32,000 bases of DNA from Candidatus Syntropharchaeum caldarium (lineage in GTDB: Archaea; Halobacteriota; Syntropharchaeia; Syntropharchaeales; Syntropharchaeaceae). The notes beneath the pieces were generated by a model that saw only the letters and a program-made list of their open reading frames with translations, searched no databases and had not been told where the DNA came from. Numbering within the stretch: the first letter of the stretch is position 1; each line of letters starts with the position of its first letter. The position numbers were made by a program, and so were the translations under genes. The stretch lies in assembly GCA_001766815.1 (NCBI GenBank), contig LYOS01000006.1, positions 20,147-52,146 on the forward strand, written 5' to 3'. Below are positions 8,246-17,698 of this stretch, piece by piece.

Positions 8246-8986
8246 ATGAATATCATAGATTCTCACTGTCATCTCGACTTCAAGCGCTTTGATAAGGATC
8301 GAGACGCTGTCATAAGGCGGGCAGAGGAGGCAGGACTCAGCCTCATCATAAACTCAGGTGTGGATTACGCAACAAACCTGAGTACACTTGAGCTTGCATC
8401 CTCTTATGGTATGATCAGGGCAACGCTCGGTCTGAACCCTAACATGATCGCTGAGACTGATGTAAATCGCACATTAGATCTGATCGAAGAACGGGCAGGC
8501 GATGCGCTTGGAATTGGAGAGGTGGGACTTGATTACTACAGAAATAAGGTACCAAAAAGCAGGCAGAAAGAGGTCTTCCTGCAGACGATTGAGCTTGCAA
8601 GACGACTTGATATGCCGCTCATCCTCCACTCAAGAGATGCAGAAGATGTATGCTTCGAACTTGTTAGAGACCTTGACAGGGTCATATTTCACTGCTATGG
8701 TGGTACTGCATCCCTGATGGAAAAAGTTGTTCAGAAAAACTTTTATATTTCACTTGCAACGGTTATATGCTACTCCGAAGATCACAGAAAAGTTGTTGAG
8801 CGTGTTCCACTTGAAAATCTCCTGATTGAGACGGACAGCCCGTTTCTGTCACCTTTTAGGGGCAAGAGAAATGAGCCGGCATATGTCATCGAAGCAGCGC
8901 GCGAGATTGCAAGGGTAAAGGGGATTGAGATGGAAGAGGTCGCAGCGTTCTCGCTTCAGAATGTAAAGCAGGTTTATAATATTTGA
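8246..8986 (+). CDS. tatD: TatD-family metal-dependent hydrolase/DNase
   Basis: It has IDSHCHLDF at the N-terminus, then GEVGLDY, ILHSRDA, HCYGG and ETDSPFL. The ATG directly follows the upstream TAA (8243-8245). Confidence 0.85.
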   Translation: MNIIDSHCHLDFKRFDKDRDAVIRRAEEAGLSLIINSGVDYATNLSTLELASSYGMIRATLGLNPNMIAETDVNRTLDLIEERAGDALGIGEVGLDYYRNKVPKSRQKEVFLQTIELARRLDMPLILHSRDAEDVCFELVRDLDRVIFHCYGGTASLMEKVVQKNFYISLATVICYSEDHRKVVERVPLENLLIETDSPFLSPFRGKRNEPAYVIEAAREIARVKGIEMEEVAAFSLQNVKQVYNI

Positions 8987-9057
8987 ACGATATTTTTATA
9001 TATTACATAGGGAAAGGTTATTCTATATTTATTATTAGTGGTGAATGGTGACTGGCA

Positions 9058-9942
9058 ATGGAACTTACACCGATACAGAAAGAGGTTCTGACGGCCCTCA
9101 TTGGGATATACCATAAGAAAGGAAGCGCTGTCAAAGGCGAAGAGATCGCACAGCTGATAGACCGAAATCCAGGTACAATACGAAACCAGATGCAATCACT
9201 CAAGGTTCTGGGGCTTGTTGAGGGAATGCCCGGACCAAAAGGTGGGTATAAGGCCACTGGAATGGCTTATGAAATCCTCTCAGTTGATACATCAGAAGGG
9301 AAGGTTCATATTCCTGTTAAGCGAAACGGTGAGGTCGTAGAAGGTGTCACCGTCGAGGAGATGAGCCTGAAGACACTGCGAAATCCTGCCGCATGTAATG
9401 CTACCCTCAGGATGATAGGTAATATTCGTGAGTTTGTAGAGGGAGATGCGATAGAGGTTGGACCAACACCTGTCAACAAACTCATACTGGTGGGTACCGT
9501 CATCGGGAGAGACGATTCGGAGAATACGCTTTTAATCGAGATTAAAAAGATGATAACTCTACCGATGATGCCGATTGGAGAATATATCTCATCAAAACTT
9601 GTGTTCATCCCGTCCAACGCATCCATTCAGGAGGCGTCGCGATTGCTCGTCGAGAATAATGTTCAGCGTGCGCTTGTCATGGAGAGGGATACCATAAAAG
9701 GTATTATATCATTCAAAGACATTGGAAAAGCGCTTGCATCAGGGAAGCTACACACACGTGTGAAGGAGCTTGCAAAAAAAGAGGTTGTCTCGATCGAGAG
9801 CGAAGAATCGGTCTATGATGCAGCGCTGATGGTCGATAAGTACAATGTCGGTTCGGTGCTTGTCACAGAGAATGGTGTTCCAAAGGGGATTGTAAATAGG
9901 GCAGACGTGCTTAAAGAGTTCGCAATCTACTCTGACACGTGA
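9058..9942 (+). CDS. putative transcriptional regulator: N-terminal winged-HTH plus C-terminal CBS pair
   Basis: The N-terminus (LTPIQKEVLTALIGIYHKKGSAVKGEEIAQLIDRNPGTIRNQMQSLKVLGLVEGMPGPKGGY) is HrcA/wHTH-like. The C-terminal half carries two CBS-like repeats (...ASRLLVENNVQRALVME..., ...AALMVDKYNVGSVLVTENGVPKGIV). Confidence 0.72.
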   Translation: MELTPIQKEVLTALIGIYHKKGSAVKGEEIAQLIDRNPGTIRNQMQSLKVLGLVEGMPGPKGGYKATGMAYEILSVDTSEGKVHIPVKRNGEVVEGVTVEEMSLKTLRNPAACNATLRMIGNIREFVEGDAIEVGPTPVNKLILVGTVIGRDDSENTLLIEIKKMITLPMMPIGEYISSKLVFIPSNASIQEASRLLVENNVQRALVMERDTIKGIISFKDIGKALASGKLHTRVKELAKKEVVSIESEESVYDAALMVDKYNVGSVLVTENGVPKGIVNRADVLKEFAIYSDT

Positions 9943-10745
9943 TCTGCATCTTTTCGCATGAGACGCTCTGTAACCTCGATCAGTGGATGTTTTGCATAGT
10001 CGAGGATGGTAATATCTTTTAGCGTCTTCACCCCTTCTTTTTCCGCAGTTGCCTCAAGCCCCAGTTTTATATCTTCGTCCATATTGATTATATAGGCATC
10101 CAGTTCTTTGATCCCGAGCTGCGTTGCTGCAACCGCTCTATGATGTCCGTCGACTAAAACAACTTTATTCGGCTTTTTTATAACAATAATTGGCTCATTA
10201 AGCCCCTTTTTAAGCTCATAAATACGCCCTTCAAGTTCATCTCCATAAATCTTCGATTGGGTTGGTGTAATATCCTCAACATTCACATATCCACGTTTGA
10301 CCGTGAGATGTACATCATGGAGCGACTCGATCATTTTCTTGATTTTTGAAACTTTATCGGGATGGGCACGCTCAATTTGTGATCGTATGACATCTGTATT
10401 CGTTATGATCCCGACAAGCCTCTCATTATCATCAATCACAGGAAGTTTTGACATGCCTGATCTGAATAAAACTCTTGCGGCATCGTCAAGATCCATCGAA
10501 GGATGTGCAACAAGCAGGCTTCTGGACATCACATCTGCCACGAGATCGTTTGAATCATTCATGATAAGGTCATACGATGAGACGTATCCAACAAGATTCC
10601 CATCATCGAGAACCGGAAAACCATCGTGTTCACCCGCCCGCATCAACTCGACAACCTCGTCTACCCCCTGGTCTGGACGCACCGCGACTACATCTGTAGT
10701 CATATAATCCTTGACCTTTGGTCTTTTCTTATCGTCGATGCTCAT
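9927..10745 (-). CDS. CBS-pair plus ParB/sulfiredoxin-like nuclease-domain fusion protein
   Basis: The N-terminus has two CBS repeats (DYMTTDVVAVRPD...GFPVLDDGNLVGYVS and VMSRSLLVAHPS...KLPVIDDNERLVGIIT). The C-terminus has ParB-N-like IIVIKKPNKVVLVDGHHRAVAA. It converges on and overlaps the previous gene by 16 nt. Confidence 0.72.
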   Translation of the reverse strand: MSIDDKKRPKVKDYMTTDVVAVRPDQGVDEVVELMRAGEHDGFPVLDDGNLVGYVSSYDLIMNDSNDLVADVMSRSLLVAHPSMDLDDAARVLFRSGMSKLPVIDDNERLVGIITNTDVIRSQIERAHPDKVSKIKKMIESLHDVHLTVKRGYVNVEDITPTQSKIYGDELEGRIYELKKGLNEPIIVIKKPNKVVLVDGHHRAVAATQLGIKELDAYIINMDEDIKLGLEATAEKEGVKTLKDITILDYAKHPLIEVTERLMRKDADHVSE

Positions 10746-10820
10746 ATGTTACCTCCTCTCCACTATACTATAAAATATTGCGGTGCATATATAAGTTAGG
10801 TAGGATAGATTTAGTGTTAG
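10746..10820. promoter_or_regulatory. divergent intergenic region with two TATA-like boxes
   Basis: This is a 75-nt gap between divergent genes. It contains actataaaatatt and gcatatataagtt. Pattern only. Confidence 0.3.
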
Positions 10821-11723
10821 ATGAAGATCGTTGTTATCGGTGCAGGCGCACTTGGAAGTCTATTTGGGGGGCTTCTTGCATCCTCGGGGGAAGAGGTTGT
10901 GCTTGTGGGAAGAAAAAAGCACGTTGATGCAATAAACGCGAGAGGACTGAGGATAAGTGGTCTTACAGATGCCATAATTAATATAAAGGCTTCAACGCAG
11001 CCAGAAGAGGCGGATCTCATTCTTTTTACCGTGAAATCCTACGACACTGAAACAACGGCATCAAAACTCATAATAAAAGAGGATACAACAATCTTAAGCC
11101 TCCAGAACGGCCTTGGGAATGAAGAAAAGATCGCAGAAGTTGTGGGATCAGAACATGTCATCGGTGGAATCACATCGCATGGTGCACTCTTCATTGAGCC
11201 AGGACACGTCAAACATACAGGCATCGGCGATACCGTGATTGGGGAGCTTGATGGCTCGATAACACAGCGAGTGAAGGATATTTCACGGATCCTGAATAAC
11301 GCCGGGATTAAAACAGAAGTTACAGACTCGATAAAGCATAAGATCTGGGAGAAGCTCGTCGTGAATGTTGGGATTAACGCCCTCACAGCAATCGTCGGAG
11401 TCAACAATGGCAAACTTCTTGAGATACCAGAACTTAATTTGCTCATGCAGGATGCAGGATTAGAGGCGATCAGAGTCGCAAGAGGTGCAAAGATCGAGCT
11501 TGAGGATGATTTGATTGGATATATCGAGGACGTTGCAAGAAAGACCGCGGCGAATCGCTCTTCAATGCTCCAGGATGTATCAAAGGGAAAACGTACTGAG
11601 ATAGATGCGATAAACGGAATGATCGTTGAGATGGGAACGAAATTGGGTATCGATACACCGGTGAATCGTATCTTCACACTTCTGATAAAAAGTATTGAGA
11701 AGAGGGGGGTTGTTGATCAATAA
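10821..11723 (+). CDS. panE: 2-dehydropantoate 2-reductase (ApbA/PanE family)
   Basis: It has MKIVVIGAGALGSLFGGLLA (N-terminal Rossmann), FTVKSYDT, LQNG and a C-terminal SSMLQDVSKGKRTEID motif, which is typical of ketopantoate reductases. Confidence 0.8.
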   Translation: MKIVVIGAGALGSLFGGLLASSGEEVVLVGRKKHVDAINARGLRISGLTDAIINIKASTQPEEADLILFTVKSYDTETTASKLIIKEDTTILSLQNGLGNEEKIAEVVGSEHVIGGITSHGALFIEPGHVKHTGIGDTVIGELDGSITQRVKDISRILNNAGIKTEVTDSIKHKIWEKLVVNVGINALTAIVGVNNGKLLEIPELNLLMQDAGLEAIRVARGAKIELEDDLIGYIEDVARKTAANRSSMLQDVSKGKRTEIDAINGMIVEMGTKLGIDTPVNRIFTLLIKSIEKRGVVDQ

Positions 11724-12732
11724 ACTGATTAAAGCCACCCTGTTCTACTTGATTGCATTTATCGACTTTATATTCTCGTATGCAGCAATATTCTTTGGAT
11801 TGATGATATTATTCGAGAGGAGGGAGGTCAGTTTTACTACCGCGGTCTACTGGGTAATCCAGACGATGACAACCGTTGGCTATGGAGATATTGAGATCAC
11901 AACAGATATTCTTCGTGTATTCTCGATCATCGTTCAACTTACAGGAATTTTTTTCTTCTTTGGATTGCTTTTTCCACTGGTTATAAGTCCAACAATCGAA
12001 CGACGATTGAAAGAGCACTTTACTGAGTTGCCAACTGTCGCAGAATCTCGGCTGGAGGAACATGTCATCATCTGCGGTTATAATCCTCTTGTCACATCGC
12101 TCATACGTGAACTCCAGTCCGTGAAAAGTCCATTCCTCGTGGTGGATCCTGATCGTGAGCACGTCACATATCTCGTGGAGCATGGGATACCCTGTATCAT
12201 CGGTGATCCCACAGAGCGTGAAGTGCTCATCAATGCGCGGATCGATAACGCTGCAAAGCTAATCGCAAATATGGATGATGAAACGAATGCAACGATCGTA
12301 CTCCTCGCCTCTTCCATAACCAATATTGAAGTAATCGCGATTGTTGAAGATATTAAGAACTTAAAGTATCTTAAATATGCAGGTGCAGATCGAGTTATAT
12401 CACCGAAGCAGATCTACGGAGTGCAGCTTGGTATGCGAGCCACGGGGCCGCTTGTCAATAAGGTGCTTGAGTCCGTGGAGTTCTTCAAGAACCTGAGGGT
12501 TGTTGAGCTTCCGATCTTTCCTCAGAGCGTCCTTATCGGACAAACCTTGGGAGAAGCCGAACACCTCCATAAGACCGGTGCACATGTTATCGGGATATGG
12601 GAAAATGGCGAACTCCTACTCGGCCCCTCTGCAGATAAGGTGATAAAAGAGAACACAGTTCTCCTGTGCAGCGGTACGATGGAACAGCTATCACGGCTCA
12701 GGGCACTTACAACAGGGGGTTTACGGCGATGA
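11695..12732 (+). CDS. MthK-like two-TM potassium channel with cytoplasmic RCK (TrkA-N plus TrkA-C) domain
   Basis: The selectivity filter TTVGYGD follows TM1 and the pore helix. Then come the RCK-N region HVIICGYNPLVTSLIREL and a TrkA-C-like C-terminus. The start is uncertain: TTG 11695, 11710 or 11713, with a GAGGGGGG tract at 11698-11709. It overlaps the panE 3' end. Confidence 0.85.
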   Translation: MRRGGLLINKLIKATLFYLIAFIDFIFSYAAIFFGLMILFERREVSFTTAVYWVIQTMTTVGYGDIEITTDILRVFSIIVQLTGIFFFFGLLFPLVISPTIERRLKEHFTELPTVAESRLEEHVIICGYNPLVTSLIRELQSVKSPFLVVDPDREHVTYLVEHGIPCIIGDPTEREVLINARIDNAAKLIANMDDETNATIVLLASSITNIEVIAIVEDIKNLKYLKYAGADRVISPKQIYGVQLGMRATGPLVNKVLESVEFFKNLRVVELPIFPQSVLIGQTLGEAEHLHKTGAHVIGIWENGELLLGPSADKVIKENTVLLCSGTMEQLSRLRALTTGGLRR

Positions 12733-13394
12733 TGAAAGATCACTATGTTGTGATCGGTTACGGTGATGTGGGCAGAGCTGTCGTGGAAGTCTTACAGGGT
12801 AAGACAGAGCTTGTTGTTGTGGACAGGCACGAGGATCAGCTAAAGAAGCTGGAGTTACCGTACGTTGTTGGCAATGGAGTTGAGGAGGATACGCTGGAGC
12901 GTGCAGGCATAAAAGATGCACGGATGGTGATGATACTACTCAATAACGATACAGACGTCGTCTTTACAACCCTTCTTGTGAAAAATATGAACCCACATGC
13001 AGTAATAATCGCACGTGCAAATACGGTTGAAGCGATAGAGAGGATATACCGTGCAGGCGCAGACTTTGTGGCAGCACTGCCAATTATGGCAGGAGAGCTG
13101 CTTGCAAAACTTGTTACAACCACGCATGAGCTTGAAGATGTGGTGAGACTGTGCGAGGGGATTGAGATATTTAAATACGAGGTCTGCAAGGGTTCACCGA
13201 TGATCGGACATAACCTGGCAGATCTTGATGTGCGCCGCAAAACAGGATGCACGGTGATCGGGATAAAGCGGGGAGAAGAGGTGATCGCAGAGATAACAGC
13301 AGCGACAGAGATACAGGAAGGGGACATCGTTGCAGTTATAGGGTATGAGGAACAGATCGAGCAGTTTAAAAAGCTTTTTGGGAGCGGAGGATAG
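12729..13394 (+). CDS. soluble RCK / TrkA-like K+ transport regulatory protein (TrkA-N plus TrkA-C)
   Basis: ORF 12666..13394, trimmed to MMKDHYVVIGYGDVGRAV (GxGxxG). Its ATG forms an ATGA overlap with the channel stop (12729-12732). The C-terminal TrkA-C region reads ...GCTVIGIKRGEEVI...EGDIVAVIG. Confidence 0.85.
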   Translation: MMKDHYVVIGYGDVGRAVVEVLQGKTELVVVDRHEDQLKKLELPYVVGNGVEEDTLERAGIKDARMVMILLNNDTDVVFTTLLVKNMNPHAVIIARANTVEAIERIYRAGADFVAALPIMAGELLAKLVTTTHELEDVVRLCEGIEIFKYEVCKGSPMIGHNLADLDVRRKTGCTVIGIKRGEEVIAEITAATEIQEGDIVAVIGYEEQIEQFKKLFGSGG

Positions 13395-13399
13395 TTTAA

Positions 13400-15385
13400 G
13401 TGGAGATAAATATACTTATAAAAGATATATTTATCATTTTTGCCCTCTCAATCGCGGTAATCTTCGTTTTCCACAGGATGCGGCTTCCACCGATCGTCGG
13501 TTTTCTTTTAACAGGTGTACTGGCAGGACCGAATGGATTGAGCATGATTGAGATCGTTGAGGAGGTCGACATCATGGCAGAGATCGGTATAGTTTTATTG
13601 CTATTTACGATCGGGATTGAGTTTTCACTGAAAAAATTATCCAGAATCAAACGATTATTCTTCATAGGTGGATCACTCCAGGTCTTACTGACGATAGGGT
13701 ATGTAACTCTAATCGCAGAGATATTCGGGTTATCTATCACCAAATCCCTCTTCACGGGTTTTGTCATAGCATTGAGTAGTACAGCCACCGTGATAAAGCT
13801 CCTCCAGGACAGGGGAGAGATTGATAGCCCGCATGGGCAGACAACTCTGGGCATCCTCTTGTTTCAGGACTTTATCATCGTCCCAATGATGCTGCTTGTC
13901 CCTGTGCTTGCTGGCAGCTCAGACACACTCTCTCAGTCTCCCCTTCTTGTTATCATTGAAGGGATTGGAATAATTATTTTAGTCTTCATATCGGCAAGAT
14001 GGTTTGTACCCTATCTACTCCATCAGGTAGCAAAGACGCGGAGCAAAGAACTCTTCATCCTCACGGTGGTTTCAATATGCCTTGCGATCGCATACCTCAC
14101 CTCCAGTGTGGGACTGTCGCTTGCGCTGGGTGCGTTTCTGGCAGGGCTCATCATATCTGAGTCTGAGTACAGTCATGAGGCGCTTGAGAAGATAGATCCC
14201 TTCAAAGATCTCTTTACAAGTCTCTTCTTCGTCTCAATCGGGATGCTTCTTGATCTTGGTTTTATACTGGATAAACTGGCACTCGTTATTGTTATAACTC
14301 TCGGGATTTTGGTGGCAAAATCGATGCTTGCTGGTTTCTCAACGGTTGTAATGGGCCTCCCGATGAGAACTGCAATACTCACGGGATTTGCACTCAGTCA
14401 GGTGGGAGAGTTCTCTTTCATCCTCTCCCATACTGGATTCCTGTATGGTCTAATCAACCAGAACGAGTATCAGCTCCTTCTTGCAAGTTCTATAATAACG
14501 ATGGGGTTGACACCTTTCATGATGGTAATCGCACCCCATATCGCAACTTTTGCCTCGCACTTACCCATCTCTGAACGAATGATCACAGGTGGAGAATTTG
14601 CACGTCTTGATAAGAAAGAGCGTATTAAAGATCATCTCGTCATCATCGGGTTTGGGAACACTGGGAGATATCTCGCAAAGGTTGCATCTGATGTAGGTAT
14701 TCCTTATGTTATAATCGAGACAAATCCAGAGACTGTAAGAGTTGAGAGGGAGAAGGGTGAACCGATTTTTTATGGAGATGCAACCCGGCCAAATGTACTG
14801 AAAGAAGCAGGGATTGTGGATGCGAGGATCGTTGTTATCGCAACTTCAGACCCGATCGCTACCCGCAGGATAACAGAGCTTGCAAGAAAACTCAGCCCTA
14901 AGATTCATATAATCGTCAGAACCCACTACCTGCAGGAGATGGATCATTTAGCTGAGCTTGGTGCAGATGAGGTCATTCCAGAAGAGTTTGAGGCATCTAT
15001 GGAGATCTTTGCCAGGGTGCTCTACAAGTATCTTGTGCCAAGGACTGAGGTCGAGAAGTACATCGCCGAAGTCAGGCAGGGAAACTACGAGATGCTTAGA
15101 AACTTGAATAAAAAACATCTATCGATCTCTGATATTGAGAGGCACCTCACAGATCTTGAGATAAGTACGTTCAGAGTTAAAGCAAGATCATCTGTAGCCA
15201 AAAAGACGCTCTCTGAGATTGAACTGAGGAGTACGTATGGTGCCACGGTACTTGCGATAATTCGTGGGGACGAAAGAATTTCAAACCCTGGTGGAAGTGT
15301 ACAGCTGCTTGAAGGAGATCTGGTCATCGTACTCGGTAGACCCGATGAAATGGCGAGGCTTGCTGAGATTTTTGAGGGAGATTGA
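13400..15385 (+). CDS. Kef-type CPA2 monovalent cation:proton antiporter fused to RCK (TrkA-N plus TrkA-C)
   Basis: The 661-aa ORF has a GTG start and a long polytopic N-terminal domain (...LLFTIGIEFSL..., ...GAFLAGLIISESEY...). That is followed by HLVIIGFGNTGRYLA (RCK-N) and a C-terminal TrkA-C (...GATVLAIIRGDERI...EGDLVIVLG). Confidence 0.88.
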   Translation: MEINILIKDIFIIFALSIAVIFVFHRMRLPPIVGFLLTGVLAGPNGLSMIEIVEEVDIMAEIGIVLLLFTIGIEFSLKKLSRIKRLFFIGGSLQVLLTIGYVTLIAEIFGLSITKSLFTGFVIALSSTATVIKLLQDRGEIDSPHGQTTLGILLFQDFIIVPMMLLVPVLAGSSDTLSQSPLLVIIEGIGIIILVFISARWFVPYLLHQVAKTRSKELFILTVVSICLAIAYLTSSVGLSLALGAFLAGLIISESEYSHEALEKIDPFKDLFTSLFFVSIGMLLDLGFILDKLALVIVITLGILVAKSMLAGFSTVVMGLPMRTAILTGFALSQVGEFSFILSHTGFLYGLINQNEYQLLLASSIITMGLTPFMMVIAPHIATFASHLPISERMITGGEFARLDKKERIKDHLVIIGFGNTGRYLAKVASDVGIPYVIIETNPETVRVEREKGEPIFYGDATRPNVLKEAGIVDARIVVIATSDPIATRRITELARKLSPKIHIIVRTHYLQEMDHLAELGADEVIPEEFEASMEIFARVLYKYLVPRTEVEKYIAEVRQGNYEMLRNLNKKHLSISDIERHLTDLEISTFRVKARSSVAKKTLSEIELRSTYGATVLAIIRGDERISNPGGSVQLLEGDLVIVLGRPDEMARLAEIFEGD

Positions 15386-15413
15386 TCTGGATAACCCTTA
15401 AATACGAGGAAAT

Positions 15414-16553
15414 TTGATTAAATTGATGATGAAGAAACGGATTATCGTGGGTGGTGGAAGAACTGGAAGAGAGTTAGCAATGCAGCTTCCAGGTTCAATC
15501 ATCATTGAATCAGATCCAGAAGCGGCTAAAAAATCTTCAAAAATTCAGGGGGTGAAGGTTGTAACTGGGGATGGAACTGATGAAAAACTACTTCAGAGTG
15601 TTGGTATTGACGGAGCTGATGCTTTTATCGCACTCACTGAGAATGACGATGTTAACTATAGATCCGCCTCCATCGCAAAACGGTATGGAGTTTCAAAGGT
15701 CATCGTGAGGGTAGAGGATCCAGAGAATGAGGAAAAGTTTCGTGATCTGGATGTTGAATCTGTTATGTTTCCCACAAAAATGGTTGCAAATTTTATTGGG
15801 GATTTACTATGTTGTGAAGAGAAAGAGCCTGTTTCAAGACCTTTTGATAGGCTGTTAGTCCCACATATCGCTAAAACTACCGCTGAAAAGGCTTTTAAAG
15901 AAGCGCTACTTATCGCATCAGCCTCAAGAAAGAAGGCCAAGATTGAGGTGGTATCGTATGATCGTTCAGAGCAAAAGATGATGGAGAAGAAAGCAAAAAA
16001 ATGGGATGTGCCATTTGAGTTTCTGCTCGATGAGGGGGAGCTTATAGATATGCTTAAGCATAACATCCACAATACCGATTGTATAATCGTGGATGATGAG
16101 AAGATTACGATTCTGGACAGGATCTTCCCAAGAAATATTATCTTAAATCTTATGCGATCGGTCACATCCCCGGTTCTTGTTGCCAGAAGCTGTAGTTATT
16201 ATAGACACATCCTGGTGCTCCTTGATTCATCTCCAGCATCTGAACAGAACCTGACCATTGCACTTCAAATAGCTCATCTCTTCGGGGCGGATCTTTCTTT
16301 ACTGCTTTTAGAGGAGATTCCACCTGAATTTTGGGGGCGAATAAAGGAACTTAAAACGGTGGAGAACGTAAATATTACAAAGCTGAAGGTTGAGGGTAAT
16401 GTGATGATAGAAGCTGTGAAAGAGGTCAAGAGTGAAAAATATGATCTCATAGTGATGCCCTGGAGAGGTACAGGACTCATACGATCCAGCATGATAAGAA
16501 AGATCGTGAATGATGCAAGTTGCTCTGTTCTCACCGTTTGTACAAAGCTATGA
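15414..16553 (+). CDS. TrkA-N (RCK) domain fused to two universal-stress-protein (USP)-like domains
   Basis: RIIVGGGRTGRELA...DGTDEKLLQSVGIDGADAFIALTENDDVN is TrkA-N. Two USP-like alpha/beta modules follow: ...CIIVDDEK...SPVLVAR and HILVLLDSSPASEQ...YDLIVMPWRGTG...ASCSVLTV. The start is TTG 15414 or ATG 15426. Confidence 0.7.
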   Translation: MIKLMMKKRIIVGGGRTGRELAMQLPGSIIIESDPEAAKKSSKIQGVKVVTGDGTDEKLLQSVGIDGADAFIALTENDDVNYRSASIAKRYGVSKVIVRVEDPENEEKFRDLDVESVMFPTKMVANFIGDLLCCEEKEPVSRPFDRLLVPHIAKTTAEKAFKEALLIASASRKKAKIEVVSYDRSEQKMMEKKAKKWDVPFEFLLDEGELIDMLKHNIHNTDCIIVDDEKITILDRIFPRNIILNLMRSVTSPVLVARSCSYYRHILVLLDSSPASEQNLTIALQIAHLFGADLSLLLLEEIPPEFWGRIKELKTVENVNITKLKVEGNVMIEAVKEVKSEKYDLIVMPWRGTGLIRSSMIRKIVNDASCSVLTVCTKL

Positions 16554-17698
16554 GTGTATATCTACCTCTATTTACCATAGCAGTTCTTGCATTCGTCATT
16601 CCCATTTTATCTGAGCGGATAGGTATCCCTGCCGTTGTCGGGGAGATTGTCTGTGGAATAATCATTGGCGGGAGCGTTTTAGGGATTATTACTGGTGCAG
16701 AAGAAGGTATAGCCTTTCTATCAAGGTTTGGTTTCGTCTTTTTGATGTTTTTAATTGGTCTTGAGATCGATTTCTCTACTATTGAGCTTCATGGTCTGAA
16801 ATCCGTTGTTATAGGGATTTCTATATTTATACTTACCTTTGCAACCTCGATCGTCATGATGGATCAAATTGGGTATGGAATCTATCCAGCTATAATCCTC
16901 TCCTGTTCTGCAGTTGGTCTTATCGCTTCAACCCTGCGTGAGACCGGAATGGTACGAACTGAATACGGACAGATGATCACGATCACTGCATTCATCGCAG
17001 ACTTCGCGGTCATACTGCTCGTGACAGCATACACCCTTGATCTCAGAGGGGAAATAGCAGGAAAAAAGGTCTTCATCCCACTCCTATTTATCTTATTCTT
17101 CGGAGTGTACTATCTTGGGCGGTATTTAATCTGGCAATTCCCAGAGCGTCTTTCAAAGCTCTTTAAATCAGACCATCCATCTGAGATCGGTGTTAGATCG
17201 GCTTTCGCCCTCCTGCTTATCTTCGTCGTCCTATCAGAGGCACTCGGGGCTGAGGCGGTACTCGGGGCTTTTCTTGCAGGGGTGATGCTGTCCAGCTTAT
17301 TTGGAGGAGGGACTGTTCTTGAGCAGAAGTTATATGGGATAGGCTATGGGTTTCTCATTCCGATCTTCTTCATAAATGTCGGGATAGGCTTCAACCTCGG
17401 AGCACTCGGGGCCGGAGAAGGGCTATATCTGATTCCAGTGCTCTTTGCAATCGCGATCATAGCGAAAGTAATACCATCTCTGATCCTTCTTAAAGAATAC
17501 ACACTGAAAGAGAGCATCGCAGCAGGAATTCTCCTTTCTTCAAGGCTTTCGATGATAATAGCGGTGGCAGCAGTTGGGTGTGAGCTTGGTTTGATCGATG
17601 CTAAACTGGAATCGGCCATCGTTATTCTGGCGATGATGACAAGTATAATCTGTCCAACCATATTCAAGTGGATGCATCAGGAAAAATCACACTCCTGA
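16550..17698 (+). CDS. CPA2-family cation:proton antiporter (Na+/H+ exchanger fold), no RCK domain
   Basis: ORF 16520..17698, trimmed to MSVYLPLFT. Its ATG forms an ATGA overlap with the upstream stop (16550-16553). It is polytopic, with ...PAVVGEIVCGIIIGGSVLG...FLMFLIGLEIDF...GAFLAGVML... Confidence 0.85.
   Translation: MSVYLPLFTIAVLAFVIPILSERIGIPAVVGEIVCGIIIGGSVLGIITGAEEGIAFLSRFGFVFLMFLIGLEIDFSTIELHGLKSVVIGISIFILTFATSIVMMDQIGYGIYPAIILSCSAVGLIASTLRETGMVRTEYGQMITITAFIADFAVILLVTAYTLDLRGEIAGKKVFIPLLFILFFGVYYLGRYLIWQFPERLSKLFKSDHPSEIGVRSAFALLLIFVVLSEALGAEAVLGAFLAGVMLSSLFGGGTVLEQKLYGIGYGFLIPIFFINVGIGFNLGALGAGEGLYLIPVLFAIAIIAKVIPSLILLKEYTLKESIAAGILLSSRLSMIIAVAAVGCELGLIDAKLESAIVILAMMTSIICPTIFKWMHQEKSHS

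Noticed and set aside
8987-9057. Intergenic regions screened for box C/D sRNA (RUGAUGA...CUGA) or riboswitch-like structure, including 2520-2585, 15386-15413 and 27556-27725.
   Set aside because: I found no convincing C/D/C'/D' box set or conserved riboswitch core. Only AT-rich promoter-like sequence is present.
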